The notes beneath the pieces were generated by a model. The model saw nothing but the letters and a program-made list of their open reading frames with translations. It was not told the origin of the DNA and did not search any database. 64,000 nt of DNA from Parcubacteria group bacterium Greene0416_36. Lineage in GTDB: Bacteria; Patescibacteriota; Patescibacteriia; VMEV01. Where the stretch lies: the NCBI GenBank assembly GCA_007375725.1, contig VMEV01000004.1, forward strand, positions 5,021 to 69,020, in the 5' to 3' direction. The position numbers and the translations under genes are program-made. Each line of letters opens with the position of its first letter. The first letter of the stretch is position 1. Below, one piece after another: positions 1 to 8,767 of this stretch.

Positions 1-45
1 ACAATACCATTTTTTAGAACTTTGTCAAGACCTCATCCAAAAAAA

Positions 46-86
46 TAAAAACACCTGCTGTATATTTTGATACAACAAGTGTTTTT
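46..86 (-). terminator. Intrinsic terminator after the 148..927 gene
   Basis: Hairpin aaacacttgttgtat/atacagcaggtgttt on the minus strand (G-U pairs) followed by a T run. Confidence 0.55.
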
Positions 87-147
87 TATATTTCGATTAG
101 CTATCTTCCGGCTATCATTCATGAAAACAATAGCGGGATGAAGAAGG

Positions 148-927
148 CTATTTTGCCTTCAGAGTCACCGCAACTCCGTCAGTCGCATGAAATCCGTAAA
201 TATCTTCCGATATAACAATCATGATTTTTGGTTCGACCCCAGATTCGATCAGAGTGAGGGTCTTACATTGCCCCTTTTCACCCACCAGCATGACTTTACG
301 CAATAAACCTTTCTCTTTCTGATCATTCTGTTGAACAATAAACACATATTTACCGGGAGAATAAACATCCTTTTTGTTTTCCCCATCAAAACCTGTTTTT
401 ATATCGGTCCACCGCGCGCAGAAAGGAGCCCATTTATTGGCTTCCGGAGCGATCTTAGGGTTTTTGGGATTGACGTAACAATTGATCGCATCCCATGCTG
501 TCATTTTTGTGACCACATAACTCGGTTTATTGAGCCAATCGAATAAAACCTTCCCATCCGCACAATCAGATATCTCAATGCTTTTATCATAAGGTTTGGA
601 CCAATTTTTATCTATTTCATAAAATAAAACACCATCGCTGACAACATACGCCAAAACGACGTTGCCTTGGTCGAAAGTTCCGGTCATCGATACAACAGCA
701 TAAAAAGAAACCTTCCGTGTTCCAATTGACGCACAATTAAGTGTACCTTGGTCAAACGTAATCGTATCTGTTTTGGGGTTGTATTTATCACCAAAAAATG
801 TCTTCAATTTACTGACTTGATAAGGGGGACAAATGGACGATTTATCGTCGGCTTTGTCTTCCGCCATGATCCCAGAAAAAAAGGCAATAATAACAAAAGA
901 CAATAGACAAAAAAATAATTTATTCAT
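148..927 (-). CDS. Hypothetical exported protein
   Basis: 259-aa ORF, signal-peptide-like N-terminus, several Cys, own promoter and terminator; family not recognised. Confidence 0.75.
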   Translation of the reverse strand: MNKLFFCLLSFVIIAFFSGIMAEDKADDKSSICPPYQVSKLKTFFGDKYNPKTDTITFDQGTLNCASIGTRKVSFYAVVSMTGTFDQGNVVLAYVVSDGVLFYEIDKNWSKPYDKSIEISDCADGKVLFDWLNKPSYVVTKMTAWDAINCYVNPKNPKIAPEANKWAPFCARWTDIKTGFDGENKKDVYSPGKYVFIVQQNDQKEKGLLRKVMLVGEKGQCKTLTLIESGVEPKIMIVISEDIYGFHATDGVAVTLKAK

Positions 928-993
928 GACAAAGAACCTTTCTAAAACGACTTGCTCTATCCAAAATCACCGTGATTTTTTCAAGAGCTCAAT

Positions 994-1022
994 AATCTAG
1001 CGAATTTCCATTATTTTGTCAA
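994..1022 (-). promoter_or_regulatory. Sigma70-type promoter
   Basis: TTGACA-17 nt-TAGATT on the minus strand upstream of 927. Confidence 0.55.
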
Positions 1023-1033
1023 CTCAAATGCGA

Positions 1034-2538
1034 GTAACTGCTCACTGACCCCCTAATTTGCTGGGGATAAAGCAGATTGATAGCTGGAAAAGAAAGTTTC
1101 TTTAGAACGATGCCAAAGAGACATAACCACGGAATAAAGCACGCTAAAAACTTCAGCTCCCTTGTGAGTTTTAGACCCGAAAGACTTTTTTCTTTTAATA
1201 ATCAAATGCCTCAAAGCTCTTTCCGCTTTATTATTATCCGGAGGAATATTGGGCTCGGTTATACAGATAAAATAACAGTGTTTTTGTACTTTCAACCCAT
1301 TTTTTATTTGTTTCAATTTGATCGGATCATTCAAATGGAGTTCCGTGATTTGATCGAATTCTCTTTCCAATTCTGTCGATTTTTCCAAACGATTTTCTCG
1401 GTTAAATTCTTGCTGGTTTGTCTCTCTGACCTTTCGATATAACTCAGCAAATTCCCGATACGTGTTTTTCGCATTTTCTTTTTTTTCTTCTGATAGCCCA
1501 TCAGAATCTTTTAAATCCCTCAATTTCCTATGCGGATGTGCCCAGCAAAGCGCGTGTTTTCCTTTTAAAAAAGCATTTTTGTAGGCTCCGTAATTATCGC
1601 TGATTCCTATCCCCTCATATTGCTCGCCTGCCATTTCTGCAATATTTCCTTTGCCTCGACTTTTTCCAAAAAGATACAGGACATCCTTATTTTCTATTCC
1701 ACACATAGCCCACACAAAATCTCCCAGTCCCCCTCTTGATGTTTTCCATCCTGTCTCATCAAAATGAGCTCCTTTTTGATTCCGAATATTCTTTTTTAAA
1801 TCTTCAAATGCTGGCTTTAATCGATTTGCCTGATTCTTTAAAATATTGGCGATTTCTCCATCCGAAATGTTGATCCTCAAGCACACATTGGCAAATTCTT
1901 TTATTTGGCTGTAGCTCAATTGTTGAATGGTTGATTGGAAAACGATTAATTCTCGAATATTTTCTCCCAAAGTGACTCTTTGTTTGGGGATAGGCACTTG
2001 GCTGACTTTTTTTTTACAATTTGGACAAAATCCTATTGAAATTTGTTTTCGAATCACTTTTTTTAAAATTTTGAACCATTCGTCTGGTGAAAGAATATCT
2101 TCTTGGAAAAATTCTACTATTTTTATTCGTCTTAATTCATTCTGACAATCCGGACAATTATCAGCATGATGAATTTCTGTATCCGTTATATCTTCCGGTT
2201 TTGGCACTGCTCGACGATAAGATTCGGCTGAACGGTTACCACCACCTCCTTTTTGTCCTTGATTTAAAGGATCATCATCTTTTCCCTTCTGTTTATGTTT
2301 TTTTCTGAAAACCACCCTCTGCAATTCCTCAATGTATAGCATCGCTTTTTCTAACTTTTCCTTCAAAAATTTGTTTTCTGCTTCCAATATCACCACACGT
2401 TCCCTCAGCTTCCGATTTTCATTCGTCAGCCTTATTATTACCTGCCTTTGCCTTTGTTCGATTGTTTGTATCCCTCTTTTTCCTGTCTCCATATGCTCCC
2501 ATATTACCACATCCTTTCAGGGGTCAGTGAGCAGTTAC
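1034..2538 (-). mobile_element. IS66-family insertion sequence, single-ORF ISBst12-type, 1505 bp
   Basis: Perfect 19-bp terminal IRs GTAACTGCTCACTGACCCC (1034-1052 / 2520-2538); 8-bp direct repeat AAATGCGA at 1026-1033 and 2539-2546. Confidence 0.95.
1053..2510 (-). CDS. IS66-family DDE transposase
   Basis: Coiled-coil N-terminus, CPDC/CPNC zinc motifs, HFDETGW, SDNYGAY, LCWAHPHRK, PPDNNKAERALR motifs. Confidence 0.95.
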   Translation of the reverse strand: MVIWEHMETGKRGIQTIEQRQRQVIIRLTNENRKLRERVVILEAENKFLKEKLEKAMLYIEELQRVVFRKKHKQKGKDDDPLNQGQKGGGGNRSAESYRRAVPKPEDITDTEIHHADNCPDCQNELRRIKIVEFFQEDILSPDEWFKILKKVIRKQISIGFCPNCKKKVSQVPIPKQRVTLGENIRELIVFQSTIQQLSYSQIKEFANVCLRINISDGEIANILKNQANRLKPAFEDLKKNIRNQKGAHFDETGWKTSRGGLGDFVWAMCGIENKDVLYLFGKSRGKGNIAEMAGEQYEGIGISDNYGAYKNAFLKGKHALCWAHPHRKLRDLKDSDGLSEEKKENAKNTYREFAELYRKVRETNQQEFNRENRLEKSTELEREFDQITELHLNDPIKLKQIKNGLKVQKHCYFICITEPNIPPDNNKAERALRHLIIKRKKSFGSKTHKGAEVFSVLYSVVMSLWHRSKETFFSSYQSALSPAN

Positions 2539-2544
2539 AAATGC

Positions 2545-2572
2545 GAAAACGACATTTAGAAATGTCGTTTTC
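2545..2572. terminator. Hairpin terminator next to the IS insertion site
   Basis: gaaaacgacattt-ag-aaatgtcgttttc inverted repeat downstream of the 2610..3359 gene. Confidence 0.6.
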
Positions 2573-2609
2573 AGAAAAATCCGTAATCAAAAGATTTCAA
2601 TAAATCCTC

Positions 2610-3359
2610 CTACACCACCGGTATCACCGGCTTCTCCTCCGCCCCGCGCGCGGGCATAACCTTCGCTACGGCCATAGGATGAGTGAAGGCTCCGCCCATG
2701 GACATGTTTGACGATCCGGGCCCATTAGTTCCAGAAGAAGGCTTAGGGACGGAACCAAACATCGATCCGCCCTCCTCGCCAAAGACATATACTAGCCCCA
2801 CGCCCGCCATCAGACCCAGTATGGCGCCAATGGCCAAGTTAAGCCATACATTAGGATATACGGGCGCCGTAGAGGTCAAAGGAGCATCAATAAGACTCAC
2901 GCGGGTGGATTCGAGGCCAAAACCCAGTGGCTCAGCAGTGAGCAAAACCTTGGCCACTCCATTGGCCCACTGGTCCGCCTGTACTTGATTGGGATGAAAC
3001 ACGGAAATTTCGAGTATTCCGGTATTGGGGAAAATCGTGGTGCGGATCATTTTTTTCCATTCCATGTCTCTCTTGAGAGGATCATCGTTGAAATCCGCCT
3101 CCAGAGCGAAACCCGATTTCTGAACCTTATCCAAAAATGAGGAAGAATAAATAAGTTTGCTGATAATCCCGCTCGCATAATCATTGAACCGCGCGGCGCT
3201 ATAAGCATCCGGCGCGCCCTCTTTCTGATAAACCAATACACGGATACGGCTCTCATATTTGGATTCCTGCACCAAGCTCAAAACCAAAGAAATACCCACG
3301 AACAGAAGGATCATGGACAGAATCGTCTTGAATGTTTGGCCGCGAAGGAAGGAAAACAT
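2610..3359 (-). CDS. Wzz/YveK-like polysaccharide chain-length determinant
   Basis: N-terminal TM followed by YES, periplasmic domain, PVYPN motif plus Gly-rich second TM. Confidence 0.8.
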   Translation of the reverse strand: MFSFLRGQTFKTILSMILLFVGISLVLSLVQESKYESRIRVLVYQKEGAPDAYSAARFNDYASGIISKLIYSSSFLDKVQKSGFALEADFNDDPLKRDMEWKKMIRTTIFPNTGILEISVFHPNQVQADQWANGVAKVLLTAEPLGFGLESTRVSLIDAPLTSTAPVYPNVWLNLAIGAILGLMAGVGLVYVFGEEGGSMFGSVPKPSSGTNGPGSSNMSMGGAFTHPMAVAKVMPARGAEEKPVIPVV

Positions 3360-3365
3360 ATAAAA

Positions 3366-3398
3366 TTAGGGTTCAGGAATAAGGAGCTAGGATTCAGG
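3366..3398 (-). repeat. 7-nt-period repeat upstream of start codon
   Basis: Minus strand cctgaat cctagct ccttatt cctgaac cctaa just before the ATG at 3359. Confidence 0.7.
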
Positions 3399-3476
3399 GA
3401 ACAACAAAAAATCCAAGCTTAATTAAATAATTGTAACAAAAATACAGGAAAAAGGGAATTTGTGACCCAAAAAATA

Positions 3477-3505
3477 GTAGGGGCGCACCTGTGTGTGCGC
3501 CCTAC
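3477..3505. repeat. GTAG-type REP-like palindrome (degenerate)
   Basis: gtaggggcgcacctgtgtgtgcgccctac. Confidence 0.7.
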
Positions 3506-3682
3506 CCTGTTTCCGTGCCCGACCCATAAATCCATCCCCGTTTTCCCCACCCTATCCCCACTCTGCACTTGATCGATTTTTTTATCTCGTGTATTATTGA
3601 TTTTAGGAGGACAGGGAAATTATTTCCGGCCTTCTTTGTTTTTTAGAAAAACAAGACAAAAAATCAATATTCGACACCGGTA

Positions 3683-3710
3683 TTGACATTTTTTTTATGG
3701 ATGGTATAAT
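3683..3710 (+). promoter_or_regulatory. Consensus sigma70 promoter with extended -10
   Basis: TTGACA-16 nt-TATAAT with TGn before the -10. Confidence 0.75.
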
Positions 3711-3715
3711 ACTTT

Positions 3716-3890
3716 GTCTTCATTAACAAATTGCTTTCCACTGGTTCATCAACCACTTAGAATTCTGCAGTCACGACAAGCATGGAAATTTATTGTTAGG
3801 CAGGGCGGTACTTGTACTTCCCGGCTCTATCGATTGATTTTCTTGACTGCAGAATTTTGGGTGGTTTTTAGTTGGGGAGGGGAAAATAGA
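3716..3890 (+). ncRNA. Candidate structured ncRNA with 6S-like rod and central bubble
   Basis: 23-bp stem 3751-3773/3844-3866 with G-U pairs on the + strand, outer stem, internal bubble and apical hairpin; follows a consensus promoter; no credible ORF. Confidence 0.45.
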
Positions 3891-3904
3891 CGCATAGAAA
3901 CTAT

Positions 3905-3999
3905 CAAACAACAAATCCCTCCCCAACCCTCCCTTTGACAAGGGAAGGCGCAGTTACCTCCCCCTTGTCAAAGGGGGACTGAGGGGGATTTGTTGTTTG
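3905..3999. repeat. Composite palindromic element (AACAAATCCC...CTTTGACAAGG...GGGATTTGTT family)
   Basis: Two inverted CCC(T)TTGACAA/TTGTCAAAGGG hairpins within AACAAATCC/GGATTTGTT ends; near-identical copies elsewhere. Confidence 0.9.
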
Positions 4000-4056
4000 C
4001 ATTCCACCCCATCCATAAAGTACGATGGTATTGAAATTAACATAATTAGCACTAAG

Positions 4057-4102
4057 ATGAGATTGCTTCGTCTTCGCTAAGACGTGAACCCTCACAATGA
4101 CA
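4057..4102. repeat. GTCATTG...GCAATCTCAT palindromic repeat family
   Basis: atgagattgc...caatgaca; same ends as the copies at 29393, 43353 and 46992. Confidence 0.7.
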
Positions 4103-4139
4103 AGCACTAAAAAAACTATTTTCTAAAAACTCTAACCCT

Positions 4140-4724
4140 ATGAATTTAATCCCCACCGTCATCGAAAAAACCGCCAATGGCGAACGCGCGTACGACATCT
4201 ATTCGCGCCTCCTTAAGGACCGCATTATTTTCTTGGGCGGACAGGTCAATGACGCGGTGGCAAACACCATCGTGGCACAGTTCCTGTTTCTCGAAAGCCA
4301 GGACAAAGACAAAGATATCAAGCTCTACATCAACAGCCCCGGAGGATCGGTATCCGCGGGACTGGCGATCTATGACACCATGAATTATCTCAAATGCGAT
4401 GTCTCCACCATCTGCGTGGGACTCGCCGCTTCGATGGGAGCATTCTTGCTCTCCGCGGGTGCCAAGGGCAAACGATTTGCGCTTCCGCATGCCAAAGTCA
4501 TGATCCACCAAGTCATGGGCGGCGCCGAAGGCCAGGCCTCGGACATCAAGATCCAGGCTGAGGAAATCCTCCGCGTCAAAGCAGTGCTGAGTGATATCAT
4601 GGCCAAAAACACCGGCAAACCCCTCCGACAAATCGAAAAAGATACGGATCGTGATTATTATATGACGGCCGAGGACGCTCTGGCGTATGGCCTGATCGAT
4701 AAAGTGATTTCGAAGCAGACGTAA
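4140..4724 (+). CDS. clpP: ATP-dependent Clp protease proteolytic subunit
   Basis: [41 protein letters not shown] motifs. Confidence 0.98.
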   Translation: MNLIPTVIEKTANGERAYDIYSRLLKDRIIFLGGQVNDAVANTIVAQFLFLESQDKDKDIKLYINSPGGSVSAGLAIYDTMNYLKCDVSTICVGLAASMGAFLLSAGAKGKRFALPHAKVMIHQVMGGAEGQASDIKIQAEEILRVKAVLSDIMAKNTGKPLRQIEKDTDRDYYMTAEDALAYGLIDKVISKQT

Positions 4725-4737
4725 ACACATCGCACCC

Positions 4738-4785
4738 GCAAAAAGCAGTAAGGGCGTATTGCAATACGCCCTTACTGCTTTTTGC
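4738..4785. repeat. GTAA-type REP palindrome with 10-bp inverted flanks (48-bp perfect palindrome), likely clpP terminator
   Basis: gcaaaaagca-GTAAGGGCGTATTGCAATACGCCCTTAC-tgctttttgc. Confidence 0.9.
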
Positions 4786-5039
4786 CCCCATATTTTAGCT
4801 ACTAGTAGCCAAAAGCTATTTATGTTATAGTCGATTTAGGATATTTCTATTGTAATATTGGCAACAAACTTCTCCCCTGTTAAGGGGAGACCGAGAGGGG
4901 TTCGGCTGTTCTCCATATCCTGTTTAATCAACCGTTAATGCTTGTTTTGGCACTATCAAAAAATACAAAAATATTTTATGATTCGATAATTTTCATATGA
5001 TTATTTTTTGAAACAAAAAGCCGGAACACGGATCTTAAT

Positions 5040-6557
5040 ATGGAACCATGGATTGCTATCGCTCTCACTTTGATTATCTCTCTTCCAGCAGGCTACTATA
5101 TCCGCAAAAAACAGGGAGAACAAGAACTGGAGTCCGCGGAAAACAAAGCGCAGAAAATCATAGACCAAGCAAGGACAGAAGAAAAAGAAATCACTCATGA
5201 GGCTAAAGAAAAGACTTTCCGAATGATCGAAGAAGCCAAAAAAGACGAAACCGCCAGACGCCAAGAAGTGAGACATATGCAGGAACGCCTCGAAAAACGC
5301 GAGTCTCTTTTTGATAAAAAAATCAGTGACCTTGAAATAAAGCAGCAGCAGCTCGCTGAAAAAACACAGAAGCTGGAAGTCGCCAAACAGGAAATACTGG
5401 ATATCAAGGCCCAGCAGCACGAAAAACTACAAAAAATCGCGGGGCTCTCCAGAGATCAGGCCAAAACGATTTTGATGGAATCGACCGAAACGGAAATGAG
5501 GGGAGAATTGCTCACCCGAATCAAAAAAATACAGGAAGAATCCTCCGAAACGCTCGAACGCGAGGCTAAAAAATTGCTCACGGACGTGATTCTCCGATAC
5601 TCCAATTCTCAAGTGGTCGAAGTGTCAACCAGCACCGTAGCGCTTCCCAATGACGAGATGAAGGGCCGCATCATCGGCAAAGAAGGCCGCAATATCAAGA
5701 CGATAGAACAGCTGACCGGAGTCGAGATACTCATTGACGATACCCCCGAGGCCATCACCATTTCCGGATTCAATCCCCTGCGCCGCCAGGTGGCCAAAAA
5801 ATCCATCGAGGCCCTCATGAAAGACGGGCGCATCCATCCAGGACGCATCGAGGAAGCCGTGGAGCAGGCCAAAAAAGAAATCGCCATCGATGTCAAAAAA
5901 GCGGGTGAAGCCGCGGCCTACGAAGCTGGAGTGGCCGGGCTGGATCCAAAGCTCTTGCAGATCTTAGGGCGGCTCAAATACCGCACCAGCTACGCCCAAA
6001 ATGTGCTCAACCATTCCGTAGAAGTGGCGCATCTTTCCGCCATGCTTGCTTCCGAACTGGGGGCCGACCCTCATATCGCCCGAAAAGGCGGACTGCTTCA
6101 CGATATCGGAAAAGCCCTTGACCATGAAGTCCCGGGCACGCACACGGAAATCGGACGAGATATCGCCAAAAAATTCAATCTGCCGCCGGAGATCATCGCT
6201 CCTATTTACGAGCATCATGACGATCATCCCTCCACTCCGGAAGCTCTTATTGTCAAAATTGCTGACGCCATTTCAGCTTCACGGCCCGGAGCACGCAATA
6301 TTTCCCATGATTTCTATATTCAGAGACTCAAAGAGCTCGAAGATTTGGCCACCTCATTCCCGGGAGTCGATAAGGCCTACGCGATTGCCGCCGGACGAGA
6401 AATCCGAGTATTCATCAATCCCGACAGCCAAGACGATCTGGCCACTCTCAAAACCGCCAAAGATATTGCCGGCAAAATCCAAGAAGAGCTCGTTTACCCC
6501 GGAGAAATCAAAGTCAGCGTGATTCGGGAGAAGAGGGTGATTGAGTACGCGAGATAG
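5040..6557 (+). CDS. rny: Ribonuclease Y
   Basis: N-terminal TM, coiled coil, KH domain (MKGRIIGKEGRNI), HD domain (LLHDIGK). Confidence 0.98.
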   Translation: MEPWIAIALTLIISLPAGYYIRKKQGEQELESAENKAQKIIDQARTEEKEITHEAKEKTFRMIEEAKKDETARRQEVRHMQERLEKRESLFDKKISDLEIKQQQLAEKTQKLEVAKQEILDIKAQQHEKLQKIAGLSRDQAKTILMESTETEMRGELLTRIKKIQEESSETLEREAKKLLTDVILRYSNSQVVEVSTSTVALPNDEMKGRIIGKEGRNIKTIEQLTGVEILIDDTPEAITISGFNPLRRQVAKKSIEALMKDGRIHPGRIEEAVEQAKKEIAIDVKKAGEAAAYEAGVAGLDPKLLQILGRLKYRTSYAQNVLNHSVEVAHLSAMLASELGADPHIARKGGLLHDIGKALDHEVPGTHTEIGRDIAKKFNLPPEIIAPIYEHHDDHPSTPEALIVKIADAISASRPGARNISHDFYIQRLKELEDLATSFPGVDKAYAIAAGREIRVFINPDSQDDLATLKTAKDIAGKIQEELVYPGEIKVSVIREKRVIEYAR

Positions 6558-6577
6558 GAAGTAGGAGTCTCTAAAAA

Positions 6578-6657
6578 AAATCCCCCTTAATCCCCCTTTG
6601 ACAAGGGGGAGACTGCTCCCTCCCTTGTCAAAGGGAGGGTTGGGGAGGGATTTGTTG
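6578..6657. repeat. CTTTGACAAGG composite palindromic element
   Basis: Copy of the 3905-3999 family in opposite orientation. Confidence 0.9.
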
Positions 6658-6730
6658 CTTGCATTACATCAAAACAATAATACATCCAACATTAACTAGG
6701 ACATAAGGAGAAAATGGAAGGGAAATTTTT

Positions 6731-6763
6731 CCTGAATCCTAGATCCTGAATCCTAAAGCCTAA
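6731..6763 (+). repeat. 7-nt-period repeat upstream of start codon
   Basis: cctgaat cctagat cctgaat cctaaag cctaa before ATG 6769. Confidence 0.75.
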
Positions 6764-6768
6764 AAAAT

Positions 6769-7113
6769 ATGAACAAAGCCTCTCTCATCGAATCCATCGC
6801 TCAAAAAACGGGATTGCCGATGGATCAAGTAGAAAAAACAGTTGAAGTGATGGTCGATTTAATTATCGAATCACTCAAACAAAAAGAAGAAGTCACCATC
6901 ACCAGCTTCGGCACATTCTCGGCGCGGGTACGTTCCGCAAGAATGGGCGTCAATCCGCAAAAACCCACAGAAAGAATCACCATTCCCGAAGTCGTAGTCC
7001 CCAAATTCAAAGCGGGCAAAAGACTCAAGCAGGAATTGAAGAAGAAAGAAGAGCCTCCGGCGACGCAGACACCGGTGGCCGCACCCATTATGCCGACGAA
7101 TCCGCAGATTTAA
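6769..7113 (+). CDS. hup: HU family DNA-binding protein
   Basis: MNKASLI, FGTF, R.G.NPQ, VPKFKAGK motifs plus a Pro-rich tail. Confidence 0.93.
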   Translation: MNKASLIESIAQKTGLPMDQVEKTVEVMVDLIIESLKQKEEVTITSFGTFSARVRSARMGVNPQKPTERITIPEVVVPKFKAGKRLKQELKKKEEPPATQTPVAAPIMPTNPQI

Positions 7114-7122
7114 ATGAAACAT

Positions 7123-7166
7123 AAAACAAAAACTACAGTATTTCGAAATACTGTAGTTTTTGTTTT
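7123..7166. terminator. Bidirectional terminator, 44-bp perfect palindrome
   Basis: aaaacaaaaactacagtatttc/gaaatactgtagtttttgtttt between convergent genes. Confidence 0.75.
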
Positions 7167-7190
7167 GCGTCTTGATCAGTCGAATAAAAA

Positions 7191-7275
7191 CAACAAATCC
7201 CTCCCCACCCCTCCCTTTGACAAGGGAGGGCGCTTATGTCCCCCTTGTCAAAGGGGGATTAAGGGGGATTTGTTG
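7191..7275. repeat. CTTTGACAAGG composite palindromic element
   Basis: caacaaatccc...gggatttgttg copy. Confidence 0.9.
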
Positions 7276-7279
7276 CCCC

Positions 7280-8662
7280 CTAATAAAACCTCTCTATCTC
7301 CACCCCCGTATAAAAATGTTTGAGTATCTCCACATACGTTTTTTTGTCGTTCTTGGCAAGCAGATAGGCGCCTTGGACGGACATGCCGACGCCGTGTCCC
7401 AGCATAGGCTTGCCTTTGTTGTGGACATCGGCCACGGGGACGCACCAAGGTTTGGGTTTACCACCCCACACGGATTCCCAGGATCGTGTCTTGCCGTCGC
7501 TTTGAGTGAAATACGGAGTGATGGCGATATCTCCCGAATAGGTCACAATCATACCGCGAGTCTCGTCCACGGCCTGACCCATCCTGGGCAAATAGCTCTC
7601 AGCCTGATACCCTTTGTAGACCTGATCATAGTAGGCATCGATATGATATCCCCGTTTGGAATGTTTAGTCTTATCTGAAAAATGATAGTACGCATAGGTA
7701 CGGGCGGCAATCGCCATGGATTTGAGATATTCAATAGGGACATTATTACTCACCTCCACCAGGCCCTTGAGATAGCGCTCCATGCCTATTTCATTGATGA
7801 TCCATAGTTCAGCCTTTTTCTCGTCCCAGAGTAGATCGAGGACTCCGATATACATATTATAATTAACCTTCAAATTCCATTTGGGACGATCTTCCTTGGA
7901 CAAAATCACCAAGGTGCTCTCAGGTGAATCCGGCACCAAACGGACAGAAAAAGGAGTCTCCACATGAGCCGCGGGGCCTGAAACGATATATAATTTTCTG
8001 GCCGCGTCATAGAAAATCGAAAATTTATCGCCTCCATTGGCCAGAGCGAGCACCACGCCATCACGATCCTTGACCGAAAATGACGCATCGGATCCGATAA
8101 TGACAGGCTCTGGAGAACGAAAAAGCCCTACTCGTAGCAATGGTTCCTGGGCTAAAATTCTAGAAGAGACTACGCTTTGGGACAAAGAAGTGTTTTTTAG
8201 AAATTTTGATTGTTCTAAAGTGGTCACCTGAATGGGAATATCGATATTCATGCCGTCCACCCAAGCCGTTTTAGTAGCCACACCGCGGAAAGATTCGCGA
8301 TAATCCCCTTCCGTGTCAGGCGCCAGGAAAGCAAAACGAAAAGTACCGGTCTCTCCTTTTTTGACGCTTTTTTCGAGCAAAGTGGCAGGAGAAAAAATAC
8401 GGGGCCAAAACGTATGACGAAACACACTGGCCCGTTTATCAGGTCCAGCTGTAATCAACTGCAAAAATGGCTGTCCGCTATTGACCCATGTTTGATTTCC
8501 AGTATTCTTAAAGCGCAGCTCTACAGTAACCGCGGCTTTCGGCTTCATTCGGAGCGTCCCCTGGAAATTCTTGCCGACTAATTCCGCGGAATAACCGTCT
8601 TCGGCATGGAGGATGGAGAGAGGGAGGAGGAGTAGGGATAAAAATAGAAAAATACGAAACAT
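7280..8662 (-). CDS. SpoIID/LytB-domain peptidoglycan hydrolase with N-terminal Ig-like domain
   Basis: Signal peptide; KNTGNQTW Ig-like motif; YLKGLVE, AIAARTYA, QVYKG, GHGVGMS motifs. Confidence 0.9.
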   Translation of the reverse strand: MFRIFLFLSLLLLPLSILHAEDGYSAELVGKNFQGTLRMKPKAAVTVELRFKNTGNQTWVNSGQPFLQLITAGPDKRASVFRHTFWPRIFSPATLLEKSVKKGETGTFRFAFLAPDTEGDYRESFRGVATKTAWVDGMNIDIPIQVTTLEQSKFLKNTSLSQSVVSSRILAQEPLLRVGLFRSPEPVIIGSDASFSVKDRDGVVLALANGGDKFSIFYDAARKLYIVSGPAAHVETPFSVRLVPDSPESTLVILSKEDRPKWNLKVNYNMYIGVLDLLWDEKKAELWIINEIGMERYLKGLVEVSNNVPIEYLKSMAIAARTYAYYHFSDKTKHSKRGYHIDAYYDQVYKGYQAESYLPRMGQAVDETRGMIVTYSGDIAITPYFTQSDGKTRSWESVWGGKPKPWCVPVADVHNKGKPMLGHGVGMSVQGAYLLAKNDKKTYVEILKHFYTGVEIERFY

Positions 8663-8664
8663 AA

Positions 8665-8767
8665 GTTTTTGGGCTTTAGGCTATTAGGCATTAGCTTTTT
8701 AGGTAACAGCCACAAATCTGATGTTATTTTCTAATAAGCTAACAGCCTAATGCCTAATAACCTAATT
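8665..8767. repeat. Two outward-facing 7-nt-period repeat tracts between divergent genes
   Basis: gggctttaggctattaggcattagctttttagg ... ctaataagctaacagcctaatgcctaataacctaat. Confidence 0.7.

Noticed and set aside
4146-4730. 194-aa antisense ORF over clpP (similarly 30621..31400 over SPFH and 60888..61691 over yebC)
   Set aside because: Shadow frames of well-conserved genes with no recognisable motifs.
7160-7678. ORFs containing PLPLTREG/PFDKGG peptides (also 3904..4107, 37902..38093, 40456..40662, 51641..52129)
   Set aside because: Spurious translations of the palindromic element overlapping real genes or intergenic DNA.
7280-8662. SpoIID as evidence of sporulation
   Set aside because: SpoIID/LytB domains are general peptidoglycan hydrolases, and no sporulation genes are present.
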